DNA of 55,164 nucleotides from Candidatus Kerfeldbacteria bacterium (GTDB lineage Bacteria; Patescibacteriota; Patescibacteriia; JACPL01): NCBI GenBank assembly GCA_016182525.1, contig JACPGL010000028.1, positions 1 to 55,164 of the forward strand, read 5' to 3'. Shown piece by piece: positions 44,219 to 52,986 of this stretch (position 1 is its first letter; each line of letters starts with the position of its first letter). The notes under the pieces were generated by a model. It saw only the letters and a program-made list of their open reading frames with translations, ran no database searches and was not told where the DNA came from. The position numbers and the translations under genes were made by a program.

Positions 44219-44816
44219 ACTTCACGAGCTCCTTCATGATCACTCTATCGTCTACCTCAAAACCAGGGAGAAAAATAACTTCCTCGGAATAATTCATGTC
44301 GGCAAAATACGCCAGTTGTATCCGAAATATTTTCTCGTTGAACTCCTGCTTAAAAAGTTTCTTTGCTTTCTGAATAATTTCCTCCAGCCCGTGATGATCC
44401 TTCATGATAAAATACAGGTCAACATAGTCCTTCCATTTTGCTCGCCTGCCCAACGCGAACGCTTTCATCGCTGCTAAGGTCAAAAGATTGGGGAGCCTAA
44501 TCGTTGACTGAAACCGGTGAGAATAGGAAATCGGAAAAGGATATTCAAAAAAAGTGAACCGAACGCCATACGCCGAAAGCGTATATTGACCGACTTCATC
44601 GCGGATGACGGAATCAATCTTGACGTTGGTTGTCAATACACGACGAACAGAAGCATTGCTGAATTTCTTGTCGGTGAAGAGGTCGAAATCAACCGAGCGA
44701 CGATGACCGAGATGCAGCGCGATGGCCGTTCCTCCCACAAGGCCAAACTGTTTTGAAAATTTTTTTAGGAGTGGGAGGAGTTCAATTTGTTCGTCGGTGA
44801 GAATCTCTTTATGCAT
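44205..44816 (-). CDS. AbiEii-like nucleotidyltransferase (putative toxin)
   Basis: 203 aa from MHKEILTDEQ; FGLVGGTAIALHLGHRRSVDFDLF signature. Confidence 0.8.
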   Translation of the reverse strand: MHKEILTDEQIELLPLLKKFSKQFGLVGGTAIALHLGHRRSVDFDLFTDKKFSNASVRRVLTTNVKIDSVIRDEVGQYTLSAYGVRFTFFEYPFPISYSHRFQSTIRLPNLLTLAAMKAFALGRRAKWKDYVDLYFIMKDHHGLEEIIQKAKKLFKQEFNEKIFRIQLAYFADMNYSEEVIFLPGFEVDDRVIMKELVKFSLR

Positions 44817-45063
44817 ATTTCTTGAAGTACAAAGAAAAGTAGTTCTTGATTTTTGGATCGTAGTTGCAGCGGCGGCTCTTGATTTGCTTTCGAAAAATCG
44901 CGGCAACTTTTTTGATACCGAGGATTGTGATCAATTTTCTGACATCATTAAAATCGCCGTCATTCAAAACGGCTTCAACGACCGCTTCATCGGAAAGCGC
45001 ATCGTAGTTTTTTGTATACCACAGGAGATACGGCTTTCTTTTGATCAAATCTTGGGCTTTCAT
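44809..45063 (-). CDS. Small partner protein of the AbiEii-like NTase (putative antitoxin)
   Basis: 84-aa ORF overlapping the NTase start by 8 nt; no family recognised. Confidence 0.55.
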   Translation of the reverse strand: MKAQDLIKRKPYLLWYTKNYDALSDEAVVEAVLNDGDFNDVRKLITILGIKKVAAIFRKQIKSRRCNYDPKIKNYFSLYFKKYA

Positions 45064-45197
45064 GAATCAATTTTAGCACATTTTTGGTTTATTTTCAATG
45101 GCAAAAAACGAGTCACAGGAAGATATCGGGAGCAGCGGGGGCCTGCTCCCGATCAAGTGCGCGTGTGGGCAAGACGCGAGTGGCGCCTCGGCAAACG

Positions 45198-46178
45198 CTA
45201 CGGGTTCAACGGTTCGGTACGCGAGCTATAGTGGGGGCCGAACGGAAAGACCTCCTTGCCGATCGACGCCGCGGTGATACTTGTCAGATCCTTCGCAACG
45301 TCGAACTGAAGCTGCCACCATCCGCGGGGGTATCGGTGCGAGAAATGGATGCAGGCGATTCTGTCGAAAATCTCCTGCACTTGTGCTACCTCTGGCCGAT
45401 CGAACTGCAGACGAACGAATGCCGAAGTGCCATCAAATGGGCCGTACTGGTTCTGATCAGGACGAATGAACGGATACTCCCTCCTCGCACGCGTCCTGAA
45501 AAACCGGTTGAGCGTATCGATGATCATGTGTTGAAGGCCCAAATGATCACTCGTCCCGCCAGACCCTCGCATGGTGAACGTCCGAGGCACGTGAGGTTCG
45601 CGAAGGCGGGTGAAGGGATCGATGATCTCATCCACCTCCCACGCCGTGGTAAAGACGAGCTCCTCGAATTCGATCTCGATCGCTCCCCACTGCACCTCGC
45701 CCATCATCCGTACCAAGGGACGGTAGACGGTACACGTCACCTTCATGAACCCGGGGCCATAGTGTTTGTAGAAGGGCGCCTCAGACTCCATCCAGTACGG
45801 GAGAACCATGTTCAGAATCTCGAGCGTGCTTACGTTGAGCCTTGATGCCCACGCAACGTAATCCGCATAGACCTCCAGCACCGTGAGAGCGTGCTTGAAG
45901 TCCACCGCCCGACCCTTGCCAGACTGCAGCCACGTGCGATCAATATCTCTTACCGCACGCGCGACGAGCGAGGCAGGGGTTTTGCCGTCGGCGAGGATTT
46001 CCCGCGCGGCGTACTCCCGTGCCATTTGGCGATTCGCATCCAGCCAGCGAATCTCGGTTTCGGAGAGATGGCCGTAATGTCGGCGATCAGCCTCTGCGAT
46101 CTGCAAACGATCGAACCAGTCATCGTTCAACTGCCATGCGAATGGCAGATGATTGGCGCTGATGAACTTTGCTGTCAT
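45198..46178 (-). CDS. Hypothetical protein
   Basis: 327 aa from MTAKFISANH; AAGGGGA before the ATG; followed by an 11-bp perfect hairpin at 45125-45153; no family recognised. Confidence 0.6.
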   Translation of the reverse strand: MTAKFISANHLPFAWQLNDDWFDRLQIAEADRRHYGHLSETEIRWLDANRQMAREYAAREILADGKTPASLVARAVRDIDRTWLQSGKGRAVDFKHALTVLEVYADYVAWASRLNVSTLEILNMVLPYWMESEAPFYKHYGPGFMKVTCTVYRPLVRMMGEVQWGAIEIEFEELVFTTAWEVDEIIDPFTRLREPHVPRTFTMRGSGGTSDHLGLQHMIIDTLNRFFRTRARREYPFIRPDQNQYGPFDGTSAFVRLQFDRPEVAQVQEIFDRIACIHFSHRYPRGWWQLQFDVAKDLTSITAASIGKEVFPFGPHYSSRTEPLNP

Positions 46179-46279
46179 GTCTTCCCCTTCGCGGTTACCA
46201 CCGCTCGAAAGGTGTGTCAACGAGCAATCCCGCGCGTACCCGCGCTCGCGGCCGACGTTCGACCGCGACCAGTCGCCTC

Positions 46280-46357
46280 TTGACGATTGGTGATCCGTAC
46301 TCTACACTACTCGTATTGAGTGGCCAATATCACCATAGGGGGATAACTATCACCATA
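46280..46357 (+). promoter_or_regulatory. Promoter TTGACG-17-TACACT plus two direct TATCACCATA repeats 20 bp apart just before the TrmB-like gene
   Basis: -35 46280-46285, -10 46303-46308, repeats 46328-46337 and 46348-46357. Confidence 0.5.
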
Positions 46358-46358
46358 T

Positions 46359-47111
46359 ATGTACGAAGCTCTTTTTCAAAATATCGGCCTGTCGCCCAAC
46401 GAGGCCAAGATTTACGAAACGCTCCTCTCTTCTGGAGAGGTGTCGGTCTCGGTGATTTCCGCGCGGGCGCATGTGCATCGGCGCAATGTGTACGATGCCC
46501 TGCAACGGCTCATTGACCGCGGACTCGTCTCACCCGTATTTCAAAAGGGAGAGAACGTGTATAGTGCAGTGAACCCGGAGAAGCTATTTGAAATCGTCGA
46601 AGAGAAAGCGCAACAGATCAACACTGTCATGCCCGATTTGCGTAAACTCTTTGAGGCCACTCCACGACACGAAGCCGCCTATATCTATCGTGGAGTCGAA
46701 GGGTTCAAAAACTACATGCGCGATCTTGTGCGCGTGAGTCAAGACACGTATTTCCTCGGCGCAAAGGCCTTATGGTTTACGCCGGGTGTGCCGCGGTCGT
46801 TCCTCGACAACTTCGTCAAGAACTCACAAAAGAAAAAACTGCACTACTGGACGCTGTATGATCACCGCGTCAAAACCGAAAAACCCGAAGCGTTGAAAGC
46901 GGTACGGGGAGAATATAAATTTCTCCCGCCGCAGTATTCAACGCCTGGTGTTGTTGATATCTTCGGTGACTACGTCGTCACCTTTACGAGTGTCAGTGTG
47001 GGGAACTTTGGCGAGGACGGAATGATCTTCGTGATGATTCACCCTGAACTTGCCGAAACATACCGCACATGGTTTCGATTAATCTGGGATTTGTGTCCTG
47101 CCTCAAAATGA
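46359..47111 (+). CDS. TrmB-family transcriptional regulator
   Basis: IGLSPNEAKIYETLLSSGEVSVSVISARAHVHRRNVYDALQRLIDRGLV. Confidence 0.8.
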   Translation: MYEALFQNIGLSPNEAKIYETLLSSGEVSVSVISARAHVHRRNVYDALQRLIDRGLVSPVFQKGENVYSAVNPEKLFEIVEEKAQQINTVMPDLRKLFEATPRHEAAYIYRGVEGFKNYMRDLVRVSQDTYFLGAKALWFTPGVPRSFLDNFVKNSQKKKLHYWTLYDHRVKTEKPEALKAVRGEYKFLPPQYSTPGVVDIFGDYVVTFTSVSVGNFGEDGMIFVMIHPELAETYRTWFRLIWDLCPASK

Positions 47112-47117
47112 TACAGG

Positions 47118-48950
47118 TCACATTTTCTCCGGCGCAGGAATGCCGAGAAGCGTGAGGCCGTTTTTGAGCACGTGTTGAAAGGCGCGCGTGAGCGTGAGCC
47201 ATTGTGCTTCGTGGTCGGATTCCAAAATACGATGCTCGTTGTAAAACAGATTGAATGTTTGCGCGAGTTCGAAAAGATACAAGCACAAGAGATGCGGCGC
47301 GCGGACATACAGTGTGGCTGCAACCACTTCCGGGAACCGAACCATCATACGCAGCACCGGCAGTTCGGCTGTCATGTCTTGAGGTGTTTCAGTCGCGCTC
47401 CTCTTTCGTTCTCCTGCTTTGTTCAAAATGCTTGCGGCGCGCGTGTACGCATACTGGAGATACGGGCCGCTGAATCCATTCGGGTTTAATGCAGCTTCAA
47501 GATCAAAGACAATATCTTGGTACGTATTGTATTTGAGCAACTCGAATTTGATTGCGCCGTTGCGCACATCGCGAATGTTCTCAAAGTCGCCATATTTTGC
47601 ACGCAAATTCTCTTCGACTTTGTGCAAAAAATCGGAGACAGAGACCACCGTGCCTTTGCGCCCGCTCATTTTCACCTGTGTTGCGCCATTTTCGAGCGCA
47701 ATACCAAGGTTCTCCGCAGTTTGGCGCGACAGATACACAAACCCGTAATTTACATGATGGTAGTTGTTCGCGTGATTTTCGTATCCCAAAACCCGCAACG
47801 ACTCCACCACACTTTGCAATGGATACGTTTGCGTTTGGTCAACGACATTCACAATCTGATCGGCCGGTGCAAAATCTGTTCGCTCTTCGCCTGCATCAGA
47901 TGAAGTAACAAAGAGCGGCTGCGACTGAGTTTTCCAATCAAGTTGGAAATAGCAAAAATCTTCAAGAACGCCGAACTTCCAGAGATGATACGCGATATCG
48001 TTACCGGTGTAGGTCGGAATACCGTTTGATCGCACAATAATTTTATCTTCAGCGCCAGGGATTTTGACGAGCCAACACCCTTTGCGCTCACCGTCGGTTG
48101 CTTGGTAAAATTCCTTTTTCGTTTTCAAGAGTTCGAACGTTTTCTCCCAAAGTTTCGCTTTTAAAATATCACTCTCGCGCACAACCAAATCATACGCAAT
48201 GTCGAGATTCGAAAATGTCTGGAGCGTTTCGCACAAAATCTCGTCGGTCAATTTTCTCGCGAACTTTGCTTCTTCTGTATTTTGGGCAGCAATTTTGAGT
48301 TGGACGTTTTGCTTTTCGTTTTTTAGCGTCTCGTCCGTTTCCATGCGTTTTTCAATATCGGCGTACGCAGCTGATGCCCAAGCGATAAGCGACGAAAAAT
48401 CTTCACGTTTGACGAACTGTTTTTGCGCAGCCAAAACTACGGTTGCGATTTGCTGGCCCACATCGTTTTGGTAATACAACACCTTTGCGTCGTGACGAGC
48501 GGACGCATACAGCTTGGCGATAGAGTCGCCGATGCACGCGTTGCGCAAGTGTCCGATATGCGGCGCCTTGTTCGGATTGACTTGTGTGTGCTCGATGAGG
48601 ATGCGCTCGGGCTGCGGCGCGACCGGCGCTCCATACTGTTCACCTTGCTCCAAGACTCGCTGCACCTCGCTCCACAAGAATGCATCCGACAGCCAGAGGT
48701 TGATAAACCCCGGCGCTGCAACGTCGATTTTTTTGATGAACGGTGAAGCAGGAATGGTATCGGCGATCTCGCGCGCGATATCCATCGGCGACCTCTTCAG
48801 CGATTTACAGAGCTTCATCGCGATGTTCGACGCATAGTCTCCGTGTTCGGATGCTGCGGGATGTTCGAGTTCAACCGAAACCTGCTCGGGGAGTTCGCCG
48901 AGTTTTTTCACTGCGTGTTGGAACAGCTTCTGAAGTTCGTGCTCAATCAT
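47118..48950 (-). CDS. argS: Arginine--tRNA ligase
   Basis: 610 aa from MIEHELQKLF; HIGH-type NPNKAPHIGHLRN; C-terminal DALR-type anticodon-binding region. Confidence 0.95.
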   Translation of the reverse strand: MIEHELQKLFQHAVKKLGELPEQVSVELEHPAASEHGDYASNIAMKLCKSLKRSPMDIAREIADTIPASPFIKKIDVAAPGFINLWLSDAFLWSEVQRVLEQGEQYGAPVAPQPERILIEHTQVNPNKAPHIGHLRNACIGDSIAKLYASARHDAKVLYYQNDVGQQIATVVLAAQKQFVKREDFSSLIAWASAAYADIEKRMETDETLKNEKQNVQLKIAAQNTEEAKFARKLTDEILCETLQTFSNLDIAYDLVVRESDILKAKLWEKTFELLKTKKEFYQATDGERKGCWLVKIPGAEDKIIVRSNGIPTYTGNDIAYHLWKFGVLEDFCYFQLDWKTQSQPLFVTSSDAGEERTDFAPADQIVNVVDQTQTYPLQSVVESLRVLGYENHANNYHHVNYGFVYLSRQTAENLGIALENGATQVKMSGRKGTVVSVSDFLHKVEENLRAKYGDFENIRDVRNGAIKFELLKYNTYQDIVFDLEAALNPNGFSGPYLQYAYTRAASILNKAGERKRSATETPQDMTAELPVLRMMVRFPEVVAATLYVRAPHLLCLYLFELAQTFNLFYNEHRILESDHEAQWLTLTRAFQHVLKNGLTLLGIPAPEKM

Positions 48951-48989
48951 AGGATTGAATTCTCTGATTCTAGCACTCTTCACGTTGAT

Positions 48990-49018
48990 TTGACAATGGG
49001 TACACAATAGTGTACACT
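48990..49018 (+). promoter_or_regulatory. phd promoter TTGACA-17-TACACT with palindrome GTACAC-AATA-GTGTAC in the spacer
   Basis: -35 48990-48995, -10 49013-49018, palindrome 49000-49015. Confidence 0.5.
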
Positions 49019-49046
49019 TTAAATATAATCATTAAGCCCCCCCTCT

Positions 49047-49301
49047 ATGACCCCAACCACTCGAATAATCGGCCTCAAAGAATTCCGATCAAACATAACA
49101 TCTCTCTGGAAAGAAGCGCGAAAGAAAAAAATCTCGTATATTGTCCTGAATCACTCTCAACCTGTTCTCCGTGTTGAGCCGATTTTTAATGACCAAGCAT
49201 CTCTTGATCAGCTCCTCGCAGATATTTCTGAAGCACGCAAACAAGTGAAAGAGAAAAAAGTTATCTCGGAAAAAAAGTTATACAAAAAACTTGGTCAGTA
49301 A
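49047..49301 (+). CDS. Phd/YefM-like antitoxin
   Basis: 84-aa ORF, RIIGLKEFRSNITSLWKEARKKKISYIVLNHSQPVLRVEPI; followed by a RelE-type remnant. Confidence 0.6.
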   Translation: MTPTTRIIGLKEFRSNITSLWKEARKKKISYIVLNHSQPVLRVEPIFNDQASLDQLLADISEARKQVKEKKVISEKKLYKKLGQ

Positions 49302-49302
49302 A

Positions 49303-49392
49303 AATCGGATTATCTTCGATGTTGACCGCCAGGGAAATATCACAATCATGTATATTCTTTCCGTGAAGCATCGGAAAGATGTCTATAGATAA
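49303..49392 (+). pseudogene. RelE/ParE-family toxin remnant (C-terminal about 30 codons only)
   Basis: Translates NRIIFDVDRQGNITIMYILSVKHRKDVYR*, matching the conserved C-terminus of RelE/ParE toxins; the N-terminal about 55 aa are missing. Confidence 0.6.
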
Positions 49393-49462
49393 TAAGGAAG
49401 TCCGGCCTCGAGGGGAACCCCGAGGCCGGACCAGAGAGACGAGCCGCAAGCGCGCGGCGGCT

Positions 49463-49909
49463 CTAGTGGTAGTAGCAGATATACGTCGCTGATCCGTTCG
49501 GGCAGGCGATGATGATCTGCTGACCGCGTGGGACGACAACGGGATCGTCCGCAGCGCAGGCCTGCGTGCCATTGATCGTCAGCTCACCCGAGCGCACGCG
49601 GATGCACTCCTCCTCGTGCGCCGTACCGAAGTCGTACGGCTCCGGCCGTGGCTGGATGACTCCGACAGTGAGCCGTCGGCCATCCAGATCGTGACAGCCG
49701 AGCGACTGAACTTGGCCGTCAAAGTACATACTGTGCACCACGTCCTTCGGCGCCTCCTTCGGGTGGACGAACGTCACCGGAGCGCAGATGAGTCCCATGG
49801 GTATCTCACCGAGCCCAGTCAGTCCGTCAGTCACGATCACGGATGCTACTACTTCGCCCTCCACAGCTGCGAGCGCAGCGCCACTTTCGAACGTAAACTT
49901 CTCGATCAC
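49463..49909 (-). CDS. ppnP: PpnP-like pyrimidine/purine nucleoside phosphorylase (DUF1255 cupin) with about 55-aa N-terminal extension
   Basis: YFDGQVQSLGCHDLDGRRLTVGVIQPRPEPYDFGTAHEEECIRVRSGELTI...ATYICYY parallels E. coli PpnP/YaiE; GGAGG 6 nt before the ATG. Confidence 0.7.
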   Translation of the reverse strand: MIEKFTFESGAALAAVEGEVVASVIVTDGLTGLGEIPMGLICAPVTFVHPKEAPKDVVHSMYFDGQVQSLGCHDLDGRRLTVGVIQPRPEPYDFGTAHEEECIRVRSGELTINGTQACAADDPVVVPRGQQIIIACPNGSATYICYYH

Positions 49910-50044
49910 CGTCTACCTCCATGCAAATGTAAAAGGCCTGCCTCCCGATAGGATGCAGGATAATCGTTTCACACGGAATGTAAACACATTCTCTACATTA
50001 TTCTCCTACATGCTCATGTATTCGCTAATAATAAATAAAATAAG

Positions 50045-50073
50045 AAAAACAAAAGTTGTAGAGAATCTACAAC
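50045..50073 (-). terminator. Intrinsic terminator after the TrmB-like gene
   Basis: Minus strand GTTGTAGA-ttc-TCTACAAC followed by TTTTGTTTTT. Confidence 0.65.
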
Positions 50074-50103
50074 ATTTATCTTTCTCGTCACTGATTTCGC
50101 GCC

Positions 50104-50901
50104 CTATACCTTTGGATACTCCTTATTCTGTACCTGATTTTTTGCATGCATCCATGCAAACTCAAACATCTTGCGCTGGGTGTCGGCAATAATCGGATCT
50201 TGAATCACGACCGCTCGAAGCTCCCGCGGAATGTTCACGCTGTATTTGTCATCGTAAATCACGATAAATCCCTCGCAGTCGAACTGTTCCCGTGGCACAA
50301 ACCGTGCTTTCATCGGCGCCGCGTCAGGGTCATCTATGTAGCGCTTCTTGATATACGCATGGGCGTCAGGAGTATCAATAAACAAGAACCGCGTCGGCAC
50401 TTGCAATTTTTTCTTGAGCGGAAAATACACCTCGTCAAGATACCGATCAAACACCGAGGCGTAATTTTCGATGCGCGTCCACTCAAGCATTTCACCTTTG
50501 CAGTGCAACACGTCCGTTGAGTAGCTCGTGAGGCCTTCGTATCCTTCGTAGTATAACACTTTTGTCGTGCCTTTTTCTTCTTTGGTGAGCGACTTGAGTT
50601 TGGGGACAAGGAGTTCGAGCTCGGCCATTTGTTTTTTCAACCGCTCTTGCTGTTGGGAGACAATATCCCAGAGTTTCATTGGCGGATACGCAGAAAACTT
50701 TCGCCGCTTGCCGATGCGCTCTTCGCGCATGAAGCCTTTTTTCAAAAGATCCTTGATGATTCCATACGTCGTCACGCGATGCATCTCGGCTTTTTCGGCA
50801 ATCTCTTGCGCCGATGCCGGGCCAACAGTCAGCGCTGCAACATACACCGTTGCTTCGGTTTCGGTGAGACCATACTTTGTGAGCTGTTGCGAGAGTGTCA
50901 T
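50104..50901 (-). CDS. TrmB-family transcriptional regulator
   Basis: YGLTETEATVYVAALTVGPASAQEIAEKAEMHRVTTYGIIKDLLKKGFM; the ATG at 50901 overlaps the ribH stop (ATGA). Confidence 0.8.
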   Translation of the reverse strand: MTLSQQLTKYGLTETEATVYVAALTVGPASAQEIAEKAEMHRVTTYGIIKDLLKKGFMREERIGKRRKFSAYPPMKLWDIVSQQQERLKKQMAELELLVPKLKSLTKEEKGTTKVLYYEGYEGLTSYSTDVLHCKGEMLEWTRIENYASVFDRYLDEVYFPLKKKLQVPTRFLFIDTPDAHAYIKKRYIDDPDAAPMKARFVPREQFDCEGFIVIYDDKYSVNIPRELRAVVIQDPIIADTQRKMFEFAWMHAKNQVQNKEYPKV

Positions 50902-51386
50902 GGTTTTGTAGACAGTTTTCGGCGCCAAGCGATGATTTCGGCAGTTGCGATGGCGGCCTCGATGCCTTTGTTCAAGTTGTCGTCACGGGAGCGTGCGGCG
51001 AGTTGCTTCACGCTCGTAACAGGAAGCACCTCCACAATGATCGGCACGTTTTCTGTAAGCATCACCTGACCCAATCCGCGGATGCACTCGTCGCGGATCA
51101 TTTCAAAGTGATCGGTCTCGCCTTTCAGAATCGCGCCAAAACAAACGAGCGCATCGTATGGCGCGCCACGTTTGGCGTTTCGAATCAGCGTTTGCGCAGC
51201 AAGTGGCAATTCGAGCGAGCCGGGCAAGAGATAGTGTTCGGGTTGCGGGCAATTCGCTTTGCGGAGAACCGCGACGCACTTCTCGACCATTCTATCGACG
51301 TACTCGCGGTACCACTTGGCCTGCAAAATCGCGACGCGCGCGCCAGGGATTTTGGGCAGAGATTCGGGCGTGTGTTCAATGTGCAT
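50898..51386 (-). CDS. ribH: 6,7-dimethyl-8-ribityllumazine synthase (RibH2-like)
   Basis: ARVAILQAKWYREYVDRM..., PGSLELPLAA, ILKGETDHFEMI; start at Met13 supported by TATACT 6 nt upstream. Confidence 0.85.
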   Translation of the reverse strand: MHIEHTPESLPKIPGARVAILQAKWYREYVDRMVEKCVAVLRKANCPQPEHYLLPGSLELPLAAQTLIRNAKRGAPYDALVCFGAILKGETDHFEMIRDECIRGLGQVMLTENVPIIVEVLPVTSVKQLAARSRDDNLNKGIEAAIATAEIIAWRRKLSTKP

Positions 51387-51455
51387 AGGTGGAGTATAGC
51401 GCAGCTGGTTCGGCGAGATCAAGACGCGTCAAGGAAAGTGTACGAATGCCAACAG

Positions 51456-52937
51456 TTATAGTCGAAGAATATCTTGTGTGATCACACGAGCACGTTCGCG
51501 CGCAAAGTGGAACGATTGCCATGGCATATCCTCGATCAACGAATTACTCTTTCTGTTCCTCCGTTCCAGAGCGATGTCACGAGCGAAATTCTTCTCTTGC
51601 TCATTCCCATCGGCAAGATTTTCAACAACGGGCATCATATCATCCGAAAGTCGCGTAATGTATTCGACGTCGAGTGGCCGCTTGGCTGTCGGCCAATGAT
51701 CAATATTTTTCTGTGTGATAAATGCATCGGGATTGAGGATATTGAGTGCGGCGACAAACACGATCCCCGAAAGAAAAACGCGCAAGGCAAACGTATTCTC
51801 ACGGTGGTCAACAAGCACCTTTATGAGCAAGATGAGAAATACCACACCGAGCCATACCGTGAATGCGTGGCTATAAAAACGTAAGAGCGTAAATCCGTAT
51901 GCTTCTTCGTAGAGCATAAGCCGCCGGAATGCCGAGACCATCACGAATAACACTTGCACAATCATCACGGTGCTCGCCGCTTGGAATGCAACGGTGTGTT
52001 TCTGGTCGCGCTTCACCACTTCTTGTTCTATTTTCCAAAGCAAGAGGAACGCAATCACCGCAACAGCCAAGAGTTCGAAAAATCCTTTGCGCGCATATTC
52101 GGAATACGTGAGCCCTTCGTACGAAATGTTCTGCTCCCCGCCGAAAAAGTAGACGAACTGCACAAGCAAAAACAAAAAGAAAACGATGTTCACCGACCAC
52201 AAAAGAATTGACGCTTCGATCATTCCGAGCCGTGCGGTTCGTGCCGGCTTTTCGGTTTTTTCACTCGCTCGCGAAAGAAACATCTTTCCGAACACGCTGA
52301 TCAGTACAATCGTGACAACGAATACTTCCATCGATCGGGGGAGGATATCAATATCAAAAATATTCTCGACATAGTTTCGAAAGATCTGATCTGCTCCGAC
52401 AAAAAGAAGAACGAAGATGACAATCGCCGGAATGGCGAGTCCGAGCCCGCGCACGATTTGCCCAGTTATGCGCGAGTCTTTCCCCACGCCCGCCGCCTCC
52501 AGTGCTGTAGTGACGGTTGTGCGGGAGTGGTGAAGATAGCCGAGCGGATCAAACACCGTCCAGATGTAATCCGTAACCGTGTGATCCGACAGTCGGTGGC
52601 CGATGAATTCACGAACCGTGAGAATGGCAAGATAGAGCGTGAGGCCGAGATTGAGCGCGGTGAGTTGCAGGCTCGCGCGCACGCTTACCATCACAGCAAA
52701 AAAAGCAATGGCAAGGAGAAGCGCGGCTGTCCATGCTCGTAATCGCCGCTCGAAGAGCGCGGCAAGAACTAAAAATGCGATAAGCCCAAGCGCGACATAC
52801 AATGGAAACGCAATCCCGAGCGGTTTGCCGTAAAAGAAGTAGTCAAACAAAATCCCAAACAGCACCGAAACGCCGAGCAGCGCGGCAAGCGGCGAGAGGG
52901 GCAACGGTTGAGACGTGGGAATGGATTGATCGGTCAT
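51456..52937 (-). CDS. Polytopic membrane protein (DUF4153/DUF4173-like), function unknown
   Basis: About 493-aa ORF with at least 10 hydrophobic helices; family name is a tentative recollection. Confidence 0.6.
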   Translation of the reverse strand: MTDQSIPTSQPLPLSPLAALLGVSVLFGILFDYFFYGKPLGIAFPLYVALGLIAFLVLAALFERRLRAWTAALLLAIAFFAVMVSVRASLQLTALNLGLTLYLAILTVREFIGHRLSDHTVTDYIWTVFDPLGYLHHSRTTVTTALEAAGVGKDSRITGQIVRGLGLAIPAIVIFVLLFVGADQIFRNYVENIFDIDILPRSMEVFVVTIVLISVFGKMFLSRASEKTEKPARTARLGMIEASILLWSVNIVFFLFLLVQFVYFFGGEQNISYEGLTYSEYARKGFFELLAVAVIAFLLLWKIEQEVVKRDQKHTVAFQAASTVMIVQVLFVMVSAFRRLMLYEEAYGFTLLRFYSHAFTVWLGVVFLILLIKVLVDHRENTFALRVFLSGIVFVAALNILNPDAFITQKNIDHWPTAKRPLDVEYITRLSDDMMPVVENLADGNEQEKNFARDIALERRNRKSNSLIEDMPWQSFHFARERARVITQDILRL

Positions 52938-52986
52938 ACCGGATCGCACAATACGAGTGAATTCACGAAGTGTAGTCGCAGAGAAG

